Shown here: in pieces, positions 47,001 through 56,200 of the stretch
How positions within the stretch are numbered: position 1 is the stretch's first letter
Layout: each line of letters begins with the position of its first letter
Assembly: GCA_029261055.1 (NCBI GenBank)
Contig: JAJDCA010000003.1
Coordinates: 3,641 to 67,640 of the forward strand
DNA: 64,000 bases
Source: Candidatus Omnitrophota bacterium
GTDB lineage: Bacteria; Omnitrophota; Gorgyraeia; Zapsychrales; Zapsychraceae
Reading direction: 5' to 3'
Program-made: the position numbers and the translations under genes
The notes under the pieces: generated by a model
Databases searched by the model: none
Seen by the model: only the letters and a program-made list of their open reading frames with translations
Told to the model about the DNA's origin: nothing

Positions 47001-49269
47001 GTTCATCTGCGTTGATGTCAATATTATTTATACTTGACGTAATTTTATTATTTATTTTTATTAAAGTTGTTGTTTTGATATTTTTTTCAATTTCAGAAGT
47101 ATTTTGTACAGAATTCGTATTTGTATAAATTGCATCAATTTGGTTTTTTTGATGACTTTCCAATCCATCAATCTGCTGCGCTAATTCTTCAAGCGGCTTC
47201 TGGACTTCTTCAATCATCATAGAATGATCCACTATCCATTGAAATTTATCTGAAGGTATCTTTCCCTCAAATTTTTCAACAAACTGATTAACAAGATCTA
47301 TGTTATTTGATATTTCTTGAGTAACGTCTTCTGATTCAAGCATTTGCTCTATTTTTTTGGTTAATGGGTTTGTTTCATACAATTCTTTAAAATCATTTTG
47401 AAGGTTAGTTACCATATTTCGTACTATTCCTTCTGTGAATTTGTTTTGTTTTTCTGCAACTATATCTGTTAATGACTTTATATCTTCCGGTCGTTCTTGC
47501 TTTGCGTTAGCTACCGCCGTAATGAAATTTTGAACGAGAGTTACTTCTTCATTTTTCGCAGAAATGAAGCCATGCTCTTCGGGATTGTTAAAAAAAGTGT
47601 TTTTTCTTTTTTTTACGATCGCAGCATACGAGGGTATTTTTTGTAGAAAATTATTATTATATTGAGATTCAATATCCTGCACAATATTTTTTAATGCCTG
47701 TAGAGAAGGGGATCTTGTGTATCTGATATGCTTTACATCCATCACTTTTTCAATAAAAATTTTAACAGCATTTAATTCTTTAGGTTCAACAAAGATTTGT
47801 TCCTTCATTTTTTGATGATAACTATCATCTCCGGAAGAGTTAATATATTTATTGCGTAGCTCTTTTATTCCTTTGTAAGCAGTAAAAATATTGTAGCCGG
47901 TATACTTCTTGTCTAATGTATTTAAAATAGTTTCTAATTCTTTAATGGAAAGGGTAGTGCCTTGTATTATCAACCTCGCACGCATTGTTTCCAAATCTTC
48001 GGGCAATTGAGAATTATCAACCTGTTGTAGAAAGGTTGCTTTTGATATTTCCGTTATCGCCGCATTATTAACAATCCCTAGCGTATTGGTCGCCACTTGC
48101 CAGTTTATTCCGGTTTGAAGTTCTTCAACCTCTAGTTTTGTAACGGTCATAGAACTGTCAAGGATCATTGCGACATCTGTAATTTTTGTTCCACCGGAGA
48201 AATATTTGCGGGGGATGATTTCTTGGGTGGCCGGGTCATAGTCTTCTTTAATCAGGTCGTAAACGCCTTTTTTAAAGGATTCCACGTATTGGTCGTAAAT
48301 TTTTTGATTAATCTGTTTATCTTGTGTGTCTACACCCAAAGTTTTATTTTGATCCACAATCATATGACCCAATAAACTTTCTTTGAGGTTTTTTTTGTAC
48401 CAGGTAGCCAGAATCACTGAATTGTAGACTTGACGCAATTGAGAAAACGTGGTGCCTTGGTTGACTTCCTTTTCAATGGCCGGGATCAGGACCTCTCGAA
48501 CGACATCAGAGGAAACTCCACTGACAATTTTAGCTTCATCCGTCACAAGGCTGTCTAGACCGAATGATTCTTTATCCATATTTTCTTGTAGGGCCACATA
48601 ATCTTCTTCCAGCATTACTTTAAGGTAACTGTCTGTCACAAACACGCTGGATTCCCGCTCATAAACTGAGGCTTTTTCAGGCACAATCCATATTTTATTA
48701 AAGGTATTCATCGGAATATCCGTGGTGCCAAACCGGGCATAGGCTTGTTCATGCACTTTATTCCAAAAATCAGCGCCTAATTCCTCTTCAGGGTACATTA
48801 AGGAGGCGGTTACCTGTTTGAGCATGTAGTCTTGAGCCAAAAGGTCGCGGCCCATTTGGGTATCGCCAAAATTTTCCGGAATAATACGGTCAGATTCATA
48901 CGGGGAAAGGTTTACCCACATATCTTCATGGGGAATAGTTAATGAAGCTAGAAAATATTTGATTAAACGGGTGGATTCGGCCTTTAATTCATCGCCTTCA
49001 ATGTCTGTATCCCCTGTATTGATCATAAAATTGATACGCAGTGGATCATTCGCATGAAAGGTAAGCCCATTCATCAAGGGTGGCGTAAAAACGTCGCTTA
49101 AGGGGATCATCGTTCCGGGAATCGGCAAATTTAGTACATTTTGTGGCGCGGTCTGCGCTCGGACCACGGAAGGTGGCATAATGGTTGTAGCGCTGAAAGT
49201 TATAGCCATTAAAAGAGATATGACTCTGTAGGGTAATCGTATGCATCGTTTTTGCATGGACAAGTTCAT
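44041..49269 (-). CDS. large secreted modular protein with an embedded phosphoglycerate kinase domain
   Basis: Signal peptide, ~360-aa N-terminal domain, D-x-[AS]-M-delimited modules, PGK motifs (LNVP, HMGRP, LENVRF, NDAFGAAHR, GGSKVSDKI, WNGPMG, GGGDS, STGGG), C-terminal GGINLDP domain. Confidence 0.85.
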   Translation of the reverse strand: MNLSMQKRCIRLPYRVISLLMAITFSATTIMPPSVVRAQTAPQNVLNLPIPGTMIPLSDVFTPPLMNGLTFHANDPLRINFMINTGDTDIEGDELKAESTRLIKYFLASLTIPHEDMWVNLSPYESDRIIPENFGDTQMGRDLLAQDYMLKQVTASLMYPEEELGADFWNKVHEQAYARFGTTDIPMNTFNKIWIVPEKASVYERESSVFVTDSYLKVMLEEDYVALQENMDKESFGLDSLVTDEAKIVSGVSSDVVREVLIPAIEKEVNQGTTFSQLRQVYNSVILATWYKKNLKESLLGHMIVDQNKTLGVDTQDKQINQKIYDQYVESFKKGVYDLIKEDYDPATQEIIPRKYFSGGTKITDVAMILDSSMTVTKLEVEELQTGINWQVATNTLGIVNNAAITEISKATFLQQVDNSQLPEDLETMRARLIIQGTTLSIKELETILNTLDKKYTGYNIFTAYKGIKELRNKYINSSGDDSYHQKMKEQIFVEPKELNAVKIFIEKVMDVKHIRYTRSPSLQALKNIVQDIESQYNNNFLQKIPSYAAIVKKRKNTFFNNPEEHGFISAKNEEVTLVQNFITAVANAKQERPEDIKSLTDIVAEKQNKFTEGIVRNMVTNLQNDFKELYETNPLTKKIEQMLESEDVTQEISNNIDLVNQFVEKFEGKIPSDKFQWIVDHSMMIEEVQKPLEELAQQIDGLESHQKNQIDAIYTNTNSVQNTSEIEKNIKTTTLIKINNKITSSINNIDINADELHDLLTTIESNKSNPSIVKTSKLVLNHIFEPFVNLDLAKNDKELFNNIPENAKQVTTHEGLITYSLGTSKNKGVEYYLLQHIRGGDAASDNRAVADDVRRLLAGDTVNLRDNAMASTKNLKDLSDEELKDKRVAMRLELNVPIDEKTGEITDDTRIAESIPTIKYLMDKSPEMIIITAHMGRPEGQEDPTLSLKKVVKNIAEKLWDDGLGRIYYNPIFKTMADVEAYMQRPGVDEKAFKNSIIVLENVRFNKAETILSEAEDVLKAAKKSSDPHVIQIAKENVEKARETHSQFSQKLYKGVDVFINDAFGAAHRNHASVTGAEGIVPIRVSGLLLDKELKMAEKVRTNTGLAVVGGSKVSDKIIMLETLLKNPNLKKLLIGGAMANAFLKAQKIDMGASLAQDKDVELAKELFRKYSDKIILPIDGVVADKFEEGANNRIITDIREGVEDGWMMVDIGPKTVQLFTSEIQKISEENPEQSIFWNGPMGAFDVLSFAQNGTKDVGKSLALADNLTVTGGGDSVTAINQFEIKGIKFISTGGGSFLKLLEGGSNALPGVATLTKVIITQESDTNFQSNDVEKELMIIYSRKNPENQKTKDLYFRVSAQFFPEEGHTHFKIVEETVIGPENKIKQDELRKGTYKGDFRKNEDAFKREILFQIPIINNDINRIAKHTDVREAADVFNNQIIMKGVDNSMSSDITNHVSSIVDAMNKKIPEDGFLLTFKNIEQVEVSETNNLIELKKELPNLKSYLNIFIELHKNKFSEERLEIFASKQMFMDLVIKNAEANKGDIVDMIKSVQRSVRLAKKAYGQKILDQAQKDLNLNFDFNNQNQKLKNILNEQQITYSKDSPLLKESNIISLLQNLADNAMLENRVKVSQPNKTGGINLDPAMLKFEVKRDGNGIVLPFAQQPDAAMRVDGVVPVILNVIRIPSMLPLLGLSESDMDSDFSRTAPGLFGSPTQGDVSWLDRYRQKFCRKEIDASPHIG

Positions 49270-49463
49270 CTGAAATATCCTCCGGTTTTAATCTTTATTA
49301 AAAATGGGTAAAAAACGCAAAGAAAGCGTTTTTTATTGACTATATTTGAAGTGTAACATATTTTTGGCATGAAGTGCAAGGTGGGGAGCAAAAAAATTAA
49401 AAAATATTGAATAATTTGTGGAAAAGTAAAAAAATATATTATAATTATTTAAATCAAGCGGTA

Positions 49464-49853
49464 TTAGATAAATCGGTCAGGTGATGTTTCAAAAAATAAG
49501 GCTAATTTTTTTGCCAGCTCTTTGCTAATCGGCCTGCGACCGTTTTCCATGTCAGATATATTCTGTCTGGAAAGAGTGCGGTTTGATATTTCACTTAAGT
49601 GTTTGGCCAAAGCTGGTTGTGTTAGTCCTCGATTTTCGCGATAGTGCCGTAGAGCTTTTTCTGGTGTGATATTCGCTTTTGTTTTTTTATACCAATCAGA
49701 GGTAAAGGGGTCGATGAGTTCATCATCGTTTTGAATAATGGAATAATCCTTGCCAAACTCACTTTGTAAATATCGGACAAGTTTTCTTGGGATACGTCCC
49801 TTCACTTCAAATAAATTTTGTCTAGTATGGGGCTTTTTCACGACTACCTGCAT
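49464..49853 (-). CDS. XRE/HTH antitoxin (HigA-like)
   Basis: LRHYRE.RGLTQ..LA...SRQNISDMENGRRPISKELAKKLA. Start ATG 49853 with SD GGAGGT inside the toxin gene. Confidence 0.85.
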   Translation of the reverse strand: MQVVVKKPHTRQNLFEVKGRIPRKLVRYLQSEFGKDYSIIQNDDELIDPFTSDWYKKTKANITPEKALRHYRENRGLTQPALAKHLSEISNRTLSRQNISDMENGRRPISKELAKKLALFFETSPDRFI

Positions 49854-50091
49854 AATACACCTCCACAATAATGCTTCCCGTTTCCCATCGCCAGCAAGCG
49901 ACATATTTGTAAGTCAAATGGCAATGATACTTATTCTGTCCAAGTTTACTAAAGTTAGCCCAATTTGGCTGTATTGGGCCGGTATCTTTTAAATCATTTA
50001 ATAAAAGAACAAATTTTTCTTGAATATTTTTTGGTAGTTTCTTAAGATTTTTATCAACAGTTTTCGTTATTTTTATAATAAAATGATTCAT
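49822..50091 (-). CDS. RelE/HigB-superfamily toxin
   Basis: K.LKKLP..IQ.K...L..DL...GP, YHCHL, EVYYAGSRE.APY; toxin-first order. Confidence 0.8.
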   Translation of the reverse strand: MNHFIIKITKTVDKNLKKLPKNIQEKFVLLLNDLKDTGPIQPNWANFSKLGQNKYHCHLTYKYVACWRWETGSIIVEVYYAGSREKAPY

Positions 50092-50095
50092 TTAA

Positions 50096-50131
50096 AGTAT
50101 ACCTAATAATTGGGTACATGTCAATGTGTAC
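50096..50131 (-). promoter_or_regulatory. promoter/operator of the higBA-like pair
   Basis: TTGACA (50124-19)-17-TATACT (50101-096); GTACA-N8-TGTAC palindrome (50114-31) over the -35. Confidence 0.7.
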
Positions 50132-50281
50132 ATAATTTTTTGTGGGGAAATTAAAAAATGAATTCAGAGGAGTGATTTAAGTGAATCTTGTGGGGATGTG
50201 AACCATATTGTATTGGAGTATTTATTTTTGTCAAATTCTAAAATTTTATACAATTTTTATACAAAAAATCTAAAATAATAG

Positions 50282-51586
50282 TTATTCATGATTTTCCATT
50301 TTCACCGCTTTTTTAAATTTTTTTAACTGCTCGCGATAGAAGTCTACAGAAGGGTGCTTTTCGATGAGATTTTTTTCAATAGCGATAGCTTCGTCAATAC
50401 GGTTGAGTTTGTACAGAATTTCGGCTTTGGTATCTAAGAAGGCTGATTCTTCAGAGGAAATGGTGAGTGCTTGGTTAATGAACTCAAGAGCTTTATCTAA
50501 TTGGACATTTTCTTCGGCATAAAGCCAGGCGAGATCATTGTAAATTTCAGCGCGTTCAGGTTCTTTAGTCAGACTTTCTAATAGAAGTGTTTCTTTAGTG
50601 CTTGCATCAAGCATAGGGTATTGGGATATGTATTGGGCGTAGGCTGGATTGGATAATGTGAGTATGATTATAGGAATAATAATTGAAGAGGCATTATAGA
50701 CATAGTGAAAAACAATTGATGGAATGATAGATCCGCTGGAAGCACGCAGCATTGTTAAAATAAATCCTAATAACATCACGGCACTAATGGCCAGCCAGTC
50801 TCCCCAGTATTGGGCCACATGTGAGAGTCCAAAAAAGAGTGAAATACTGACGACGGCAAATGTTGTGCCTTTCAGGCGCTGCAAGACTTGAAAGAAATAC
50901 CCTCGAAAAATGACTTCTTCAAGAAATGGGGCGGCCAAAATTGCAAGAAGAATAAACATTATAAGGGCCCCTGCAGAAGGTGTGGTGGTTAAGATTTCGC
51001 TTAAGGGGGTGTTTGGGCTTACTTTACGTGTTGTAATCAGGAATGATGCGATTGTTGCAAAGGTCAAACTCAAGAAAGCCGGTCTGAGGACTAAGGTAAA
51101 AAAAGATTTTCCTTTGTGGTCGAGTCCAAGACTTTTCCAAAATCCAATGTTAACTGGCCTTCGCACGGTTTTATAGATAAGAAAAATAGTTAAAAAGGAG
51201 GAAAAAATAGTAATGATTATCAGGTTCCATAATTCAGTTTTGAGTGGCGTAAATATTAATGAAGCTACTTCGAGTACGATTGCAAAAATAGTTATACCCA
51301 GGGTGGATAAAATAATGATGCCCGTGGCATCCAACCCTGTATCTTCTCTAGTAAGATATAGCCCTTCTTCCGAAGCCGCATTATCCTTTTCGATAATATT
51401 GAGAATTTTGTAACGTTTGATAAGATATATTGGTACGGTAATAATTGAAAATAAAAAAGTTAAAACAGCTAACCACACTGGTTTAAACTTGATGTGTTCA
51501 AAGTACAGGTCGGCACCTTTTTTATGTAGAAAATAGGCATCAAGATAAACAACCAAAGAAAAAGCAAAAATATACGTAATCGACAT
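50282..51586 (-). CDS. CPBP (Abi/CAAX) intramembrane metalloprotease with C-terminal TPR
   Basis: APFLEEVIFRG, FGLSH, HYVYN; TPR YNDLAWLYA...DTKAEIL. Confidence 0.9.
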   Translation of the reverse strand: MSITYIFAFSLVVYLDAYFLHKKGADLYFEHIKFKPVWLAVLTFLFSIITVPIYLIKRYKILNIIEKDNAASEEGLYLTREDTGLDATGIIILSTLGITIFAIVLEVASLIFTPLKTELWNLIIITIFSSFLTIFLIYKTVRRPVNIGFWKSLGLDHKGKSFFTLVLRPAFLSLTFATIASFLITTRKVSPNTPLSEILTTTPSAGALIMFILLAILAAPFLEEVIFRGYFFQVLQRLKGTTFAVVSISLFFGLSHVAQYWGDWLAISAVMLLGFILTMLRASSGSIIPSIVFHYVYNASSIIIPIIILTLSNPAYAQYISQYPMLDASTKETLLLESLTKEPERAEIYNDLAWLYAEENVQLDKALEFINQALTISSEESAFLDTKAEILYKLNRIDEAIAIEKNLIEKHPSVDFYREQLKKFKKAVKMENHE

Positions 51587-51644
51587 ATTGAAAAGTATAC
51601 AATATTTTAGATGGAAAAACTAATAGTCTGTTAATAAAAAATAC

Positions 51645-51683
51645 TTGCGAAGATAATATAAATGTTATACACTTAAGTATAAC
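51645..51683 (+). promoter_or_regulatory. promoter/operator of the AbrB-PIN TA pair
   Basis: TTGCGA-17-TACACT overlapped by the palindrome GTTATAC-N6-GTATAAC (51664-83). Confidence 0.65.
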
Positions 51684-51698
51684 TAAAGGAGGTTCAAT

Positions 51699-51953
51699 AT
51701 GATTATGAAAGTTTTTAATAAAGGTCAGGTTGTTATTCCAGCACGTATTCGTAAGACTTTAGGGATTGAAATAGGAGATGTGGTGGATGTAGAAATTAAT
51801 CCACAAAAACGTAGTTTAGAGCTTAAGGTAACCGATCAAAAAAAAGCAAAGGCTCTTGCCGGTTGTTTTCGAAAATATAAAAAAAACATACCATTTCCTT
51901 CTCGTAAGAAAATGCATGAAACCTTTACAAAAGGATTGATGAATGAAAAGTAA
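51699..51953 (+). CDS. AbrB/MazE/SpoVT-family antitoxin (VapB-like)
   Basis: KGQVVIPARIRKTLGIEIGD. Confidence 0.88.
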   Translation: MIMKVFNKGQVVIPARIRKTLGIEIGDVVDVEINPQKRSLELKVTDQKKAKALAGCFRKYKKNIPFPSRKKMHETFTKGLMNEK

Positions 51954-52359
51954 GTTAATGGATACAAATGTTATTGTGCGTTATTTTGTAGAAGATCCAG
52001 TTAAGGTGCATTCAAAGTTTAAAGGGGTTTTTTCGTTTTTTCCAAAGGTAGAATCAGGTGCTGTGAGTGTGGAACTTCCGGATTTAGTTGTTTTTGAAGT
52101 TTTTTTTGTTTTGACCAACATTTATAAAATTCCACAAGTTGATGCAGCACAAAAACTTAGTGATCTTATTGCGTTTCGAGGGTTTTTGATGCAGAATAAA
52201 CCTCTTATGACCTCTTGTCTTCAAAAATTACAAAAAGAAAAAATCGATTTAGTTGATGCTTATTTGCTTTCTCTTGCGAAACAAAAAGGAATTTTGGCTG
52301 TATATTCTTTTGACAAAGATTTATCCAAACACGGCCTGCAATTGGCTGATGTGAAGTAG
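51943..52359 (+). CDS. PIN-domain toxin (VapC-like)
   Basis: DTNVIVRY, E, DLVDAY, SFDKD. Confidence 0.88.
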   Translation: MKSKLMDTNVIVRYFVEDPVKVHSKFKGVFSFFPKVESGAVSVELPDLVVFEVFFVLTNIYKIPQVDAAQKLSDLIAFRGFLMQNKPLMTSCLQKLQKEKIDLVDAYLLSLAKQKGILAVYSFDKDLSKHGLQLADVK

Positions 52360-52368
52360 GTTTAAGGA

Positions 52369-53208
52369 ATGGCTTTTAAATCATCACTCCAATTTTCTAT
52401 TATTATTCCCACGCATAATAGGCGGGCTTTTCTTGAAATCGCGGTCTCTTCTGTTTTGAAGCAAAGTGATGCGGATTTTGAGTTGATTGTTGTCGATGAT
52501 GGATCAACCGATGAGACCAAGGATTATATTCAAACCATTCATGATCCACGCTTTGTGTATTGTTATCAAAATAATCAAGGGGTTTCCAAGGCACGTAATG
52601 CGGGGCTGAAGCAGGCTCGAGGTCAATGGATTGCCTTTCTGGATTCGGATGATCAATGGACACCACAGAAGTTAGAAATAACACGGCAATATATCGAAAA
52701 GTTTCCTTCTATTTCAATATTTTACACGGAAGAAGTTTGGTATCGCAATGGTGCAATTTTAAATCAAAAGAAAAAACATAAAAATCCGGATGGGCATGTT
52801 TATATTCAGGCTCTTCCCTTATGTTGTATGAGCATATCGACAGCCGTGATTAATCGTACCGTTTTTGAGGCAATTGGCATATTTGATAAAGATTTCGTTG
52901 CGTGTGAAGACTATGATTTTTGGTTACGGGCCACGCATCGTTATGAAGTCAAATTAATCCCTGAGGCTTTGACTCTTAAAGACGGCGGTCGGCCGGATCA
53001 ACTGTCTTCCAGCATTTGGGGATTGGATCGGTTTCGCATCAAGGCCTTGTCCAAGATGCTTAAAAGTGGGCAGCTTTCCAAAAAAGATTATGCTGCAACC
53101 TATCAAGAAATACTTAAAAAATCGCGTGTGTATATAGCTGGAGCTAAAAAACGAGGGAAAATTGAAGAGGTTCGAAAAATGGTATCAGATCTTAATCGTT
53201 TTAAATAA
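52369..53208 (+). CDS. family 2 glycosyltransferase
   Basis: SIIIPTHNR, VVDDGSTD, ARNAG, FLDSDD, EDYDFWLR. Confidence 0.93.
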   Translation: MAFKSSLQFSIIIPTHNRRAFLEIAVSSVLKQSDADFELIVVDDGSTDETKDYIQTIHDPRFVYCYQNNQGVSKARNAGLKQARGQWIAFLDSDDQWTPQKLEITRQYIEKFPSISIFYTEEVWYRNGAILNQKKKHKNPDGHVYIQALPLCCMSISTAVINRTVFEAIGIFDKDFVACEDYDFWLRATHRYEVKLIPEALTLKDGGRPDQLSSSIWGLDRFRIKALSKMLKSGQLSKKDYAATYQEILKKSRVYIAGAKKRGKIEEVRKMVSDLNRFK

Positions 53209-53225
53209 GCAACGATAGGATAATT

Positions 53226-56200
53226 TTAATGCTTTGGGTTTATGGTGATACTTCGCTCTTTTTCTAAAAATATTTCCCCTTCATCAAGAATATCCTCTAC
53301 TTGAAAGAATTTAATTTTGATAGGATAACGCGTTGATTCAGAAGAAAAATTAAAATATTTATGCGAAATTCTAATAGTTTCTGATTGGCCAGGTCTAATG
53401 CGCACTGTTTTTACATCTTCTGCCAGGATATCAAATACGCGATCCTGCCCCCAATCAACCACAGCTTCTACTTTAACTATTGCCGAATCCTGGGAAGATA
53501 TCACGGCTTTAATAACGACATCATCTCCTGACGTAATATCACTGCCACAAGCCACCGTCCCTAAACCATCCGGATTGTCACAAAGAATTTCAAAATTCTT
53601 GATTGTGAGTAATGATTGAGGAATAACCTTAACATCCGGATACGTTTTAGTAATACTCAATCCTTGATCATTTATTAATTTTAATGTTACAGTATAATTT
53701 TCTTCCACACTAACAGGATCATATGGGTGTGAATAAGATAAAGATTTTCTGGATGACACAGTAAAAGATTCAATAGTCTCTACAGTTCCGTCCCCATAAT
53801 CAATAGAACCGTGCAGTGTTTGTGTTGTGTCAAATGCTCTGATAGTCGCCTTTAGATTCGCTAATCCCCATGAACCATCAAGGATATCATTATTAATTTC
53901 CACATTACCATCTTCTATCCAAAAATCAGGATACACCGTTATCGTTTTTGATTGTTCCTGGGTGTAATTATTATCATGGACTTTTACTCTAATAGCATAT
54001 TCTTTGGGATCTGTTAGGGGCAGAGTGTACGTTTTTAATTTATTTATTTGAAAGTTATTTCCCGGGCTGATGGTAAATGGTGCTATATCTTTTGCACCAT
54101 CTCCCCAAGATAATCTCCCCGCTAAATTAACGGTTTTTACTGTGCTAATTTCTGCCTTTATCTCAAATTCTTTTCCAATATTCACGCGCGAGGGGGCTGA
54201 TAAAGATGCTATTGAAAAGGCCGCGTTGCCTGCATGATTCACAGATACTGGCACATCTTTTTTTACAGTTTTGTCATCCCCCGACACCTCTACACTAATA
54301 TTATAATTTTCTGTATACGGAGCTAGCCCCTTTGTAAAATTAGATTGTTTATATTCATGTGTTGTTGCCGTTGCTGTGTATGTTCCGTCAGAACCAATCA
54401 AAAAATTTCTGGGCCCATTATTAAAGGAATCTTCTTCACCATCCCCCCAATAAACCCTTCCGTTAAGATTTGCCCCGGGGGTCCCCGTCACAATAATTGA
54501 AAGCATTACTGTTTCATTTTCAGCCACGAATTCTTTATTCAGCGTGACTGAATCAATATTAAACACATCGAAACAATTTGTTTCTGCACATCCAGGAGGA
54601 GATATTTCTACACATTGCCCTAAATTATTACACTTTTGTCCTGAAGAACAATCATTAACATCGACACATTCCGGAGGATCAATCACCGGACCATCATTAT
54701 CCCTATTATCCAGTCCTTTCGGTAATGCCAACTCTTGGACAATAGTAAACGTACGCTTATGTTCATTTTGCATTTTATTATTCATGACCACCCTAACCCG
54801 TTTATTGGCTGGATTGGAATCGGCATACGTATAAGAACGAAAATTTCCAGGCTGATCTATCAAAAATCCTGACTTAACAAAAGAATCGTTAGGATCAGCA
54901 GGCCCCCAACCTCCTAATGAATCGCCTCTTTCAAAATAAATTTTGGCATCAAACCAGTCACGATTATATAAAGGCATAACATTGACCTTTAGACAGTTTG
55001 TACAGGAATTTTGACCTGCAACAATATTTTTGTCTACAGACCACACAGATGATGCATAAGGCATCATCGGCCATTCAACAGTTTTTGTTATGGCATCTTG
55101 TCCTAAATTATTTTTGACTGTTAAGGTGACTTCGTATGTGGCTGGAGATACGATACGTCCTTTTTCCATAAACGTAAATTCACGATGGTTTGTTGATCCT
55201 TCATCCAAGACTGTTTCCGTGCCTGTTTTCAAATTACGAAATTTCCATACATGACTGCTCATTCCGCCACCGACCGAAGTGCTTTGAAAATAATATTTCT
55301 CTTGAGGGTCAAAACTTCTCTGATAATACTTAAAATCTGCGATGGGGGCTGACTCTGCAGAACTGGAGGCCTGTACAGACATAAACCCTTCCGCTCTCCT
55401 CGTTGAAAGAAACGGGGAATCTTCCACAGTAAAAAAGTCCGATTCAGAAACTAACCTGTTTTGTGGGGTAACTTTAAGGCCTCGGGAAAAATTAACATTT
55501 ATAAAAAAAGTATGTCCGCCGAATTTATTAGATACCGTCAGTTCGACACGATAACTCCCATCATTAAAGGCATGTTCAAATACCGCATTATTACCGCGTT
55601 TAATTACGGTATCATTATCATCAAGCGTATCCCCTTTTGTATCAATTACCTTCCATTCCCGGCCTGTCACCTGTCCTGTTGAGACGTCTTCATAAGTTAC
55701 TGTACGTCCACTCGTGCTTTGTTCTCTGAAAAATGCTGTAGGCACATTCGGGTCAATGATAAACGTGGTTACGCTGCTGCCATCACTTGTATTATCGAAA
55801 GGAAGACTGTTCGGACAGGTTTGCCCATCGGCCGTCACCGCCGTACGAAATTGACTTGGGCTCAAGCTCTGTCGGGTGAACGAACTGTTTTTAACCAATT
55901 TACCATTCTGCCCACGATTCACAAACACCTCTTGAGAAGCCATCACCGTAAGATTTTTGGAAATAACATTGACTGTGTAACGGTCTGCTTCATCGTAAAA
56001 ACGCGTAGCCGTAATCCCGCCGGGTTGTGTAACCCCATCACCAAACTCCCAACGCATAATTTTAGTGGTATCTACATGAGACACTTTAAATGATACCTGT
56101 CCGGGATTATTTTTTTCATCCGGGAATCGATACTCCAAAAGTCCCTGTCCAGTTTTTCCTCCATCAGAAGGAATTAAACCTTTGGGGGCGGGGCAGGCAT

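Noticed and set aside
50282-51586. CPBP protease as the leader peptidase for the RiPP
   Set aside because: It lies about 30 kb from the locus, with nothing in the sequence linking them.
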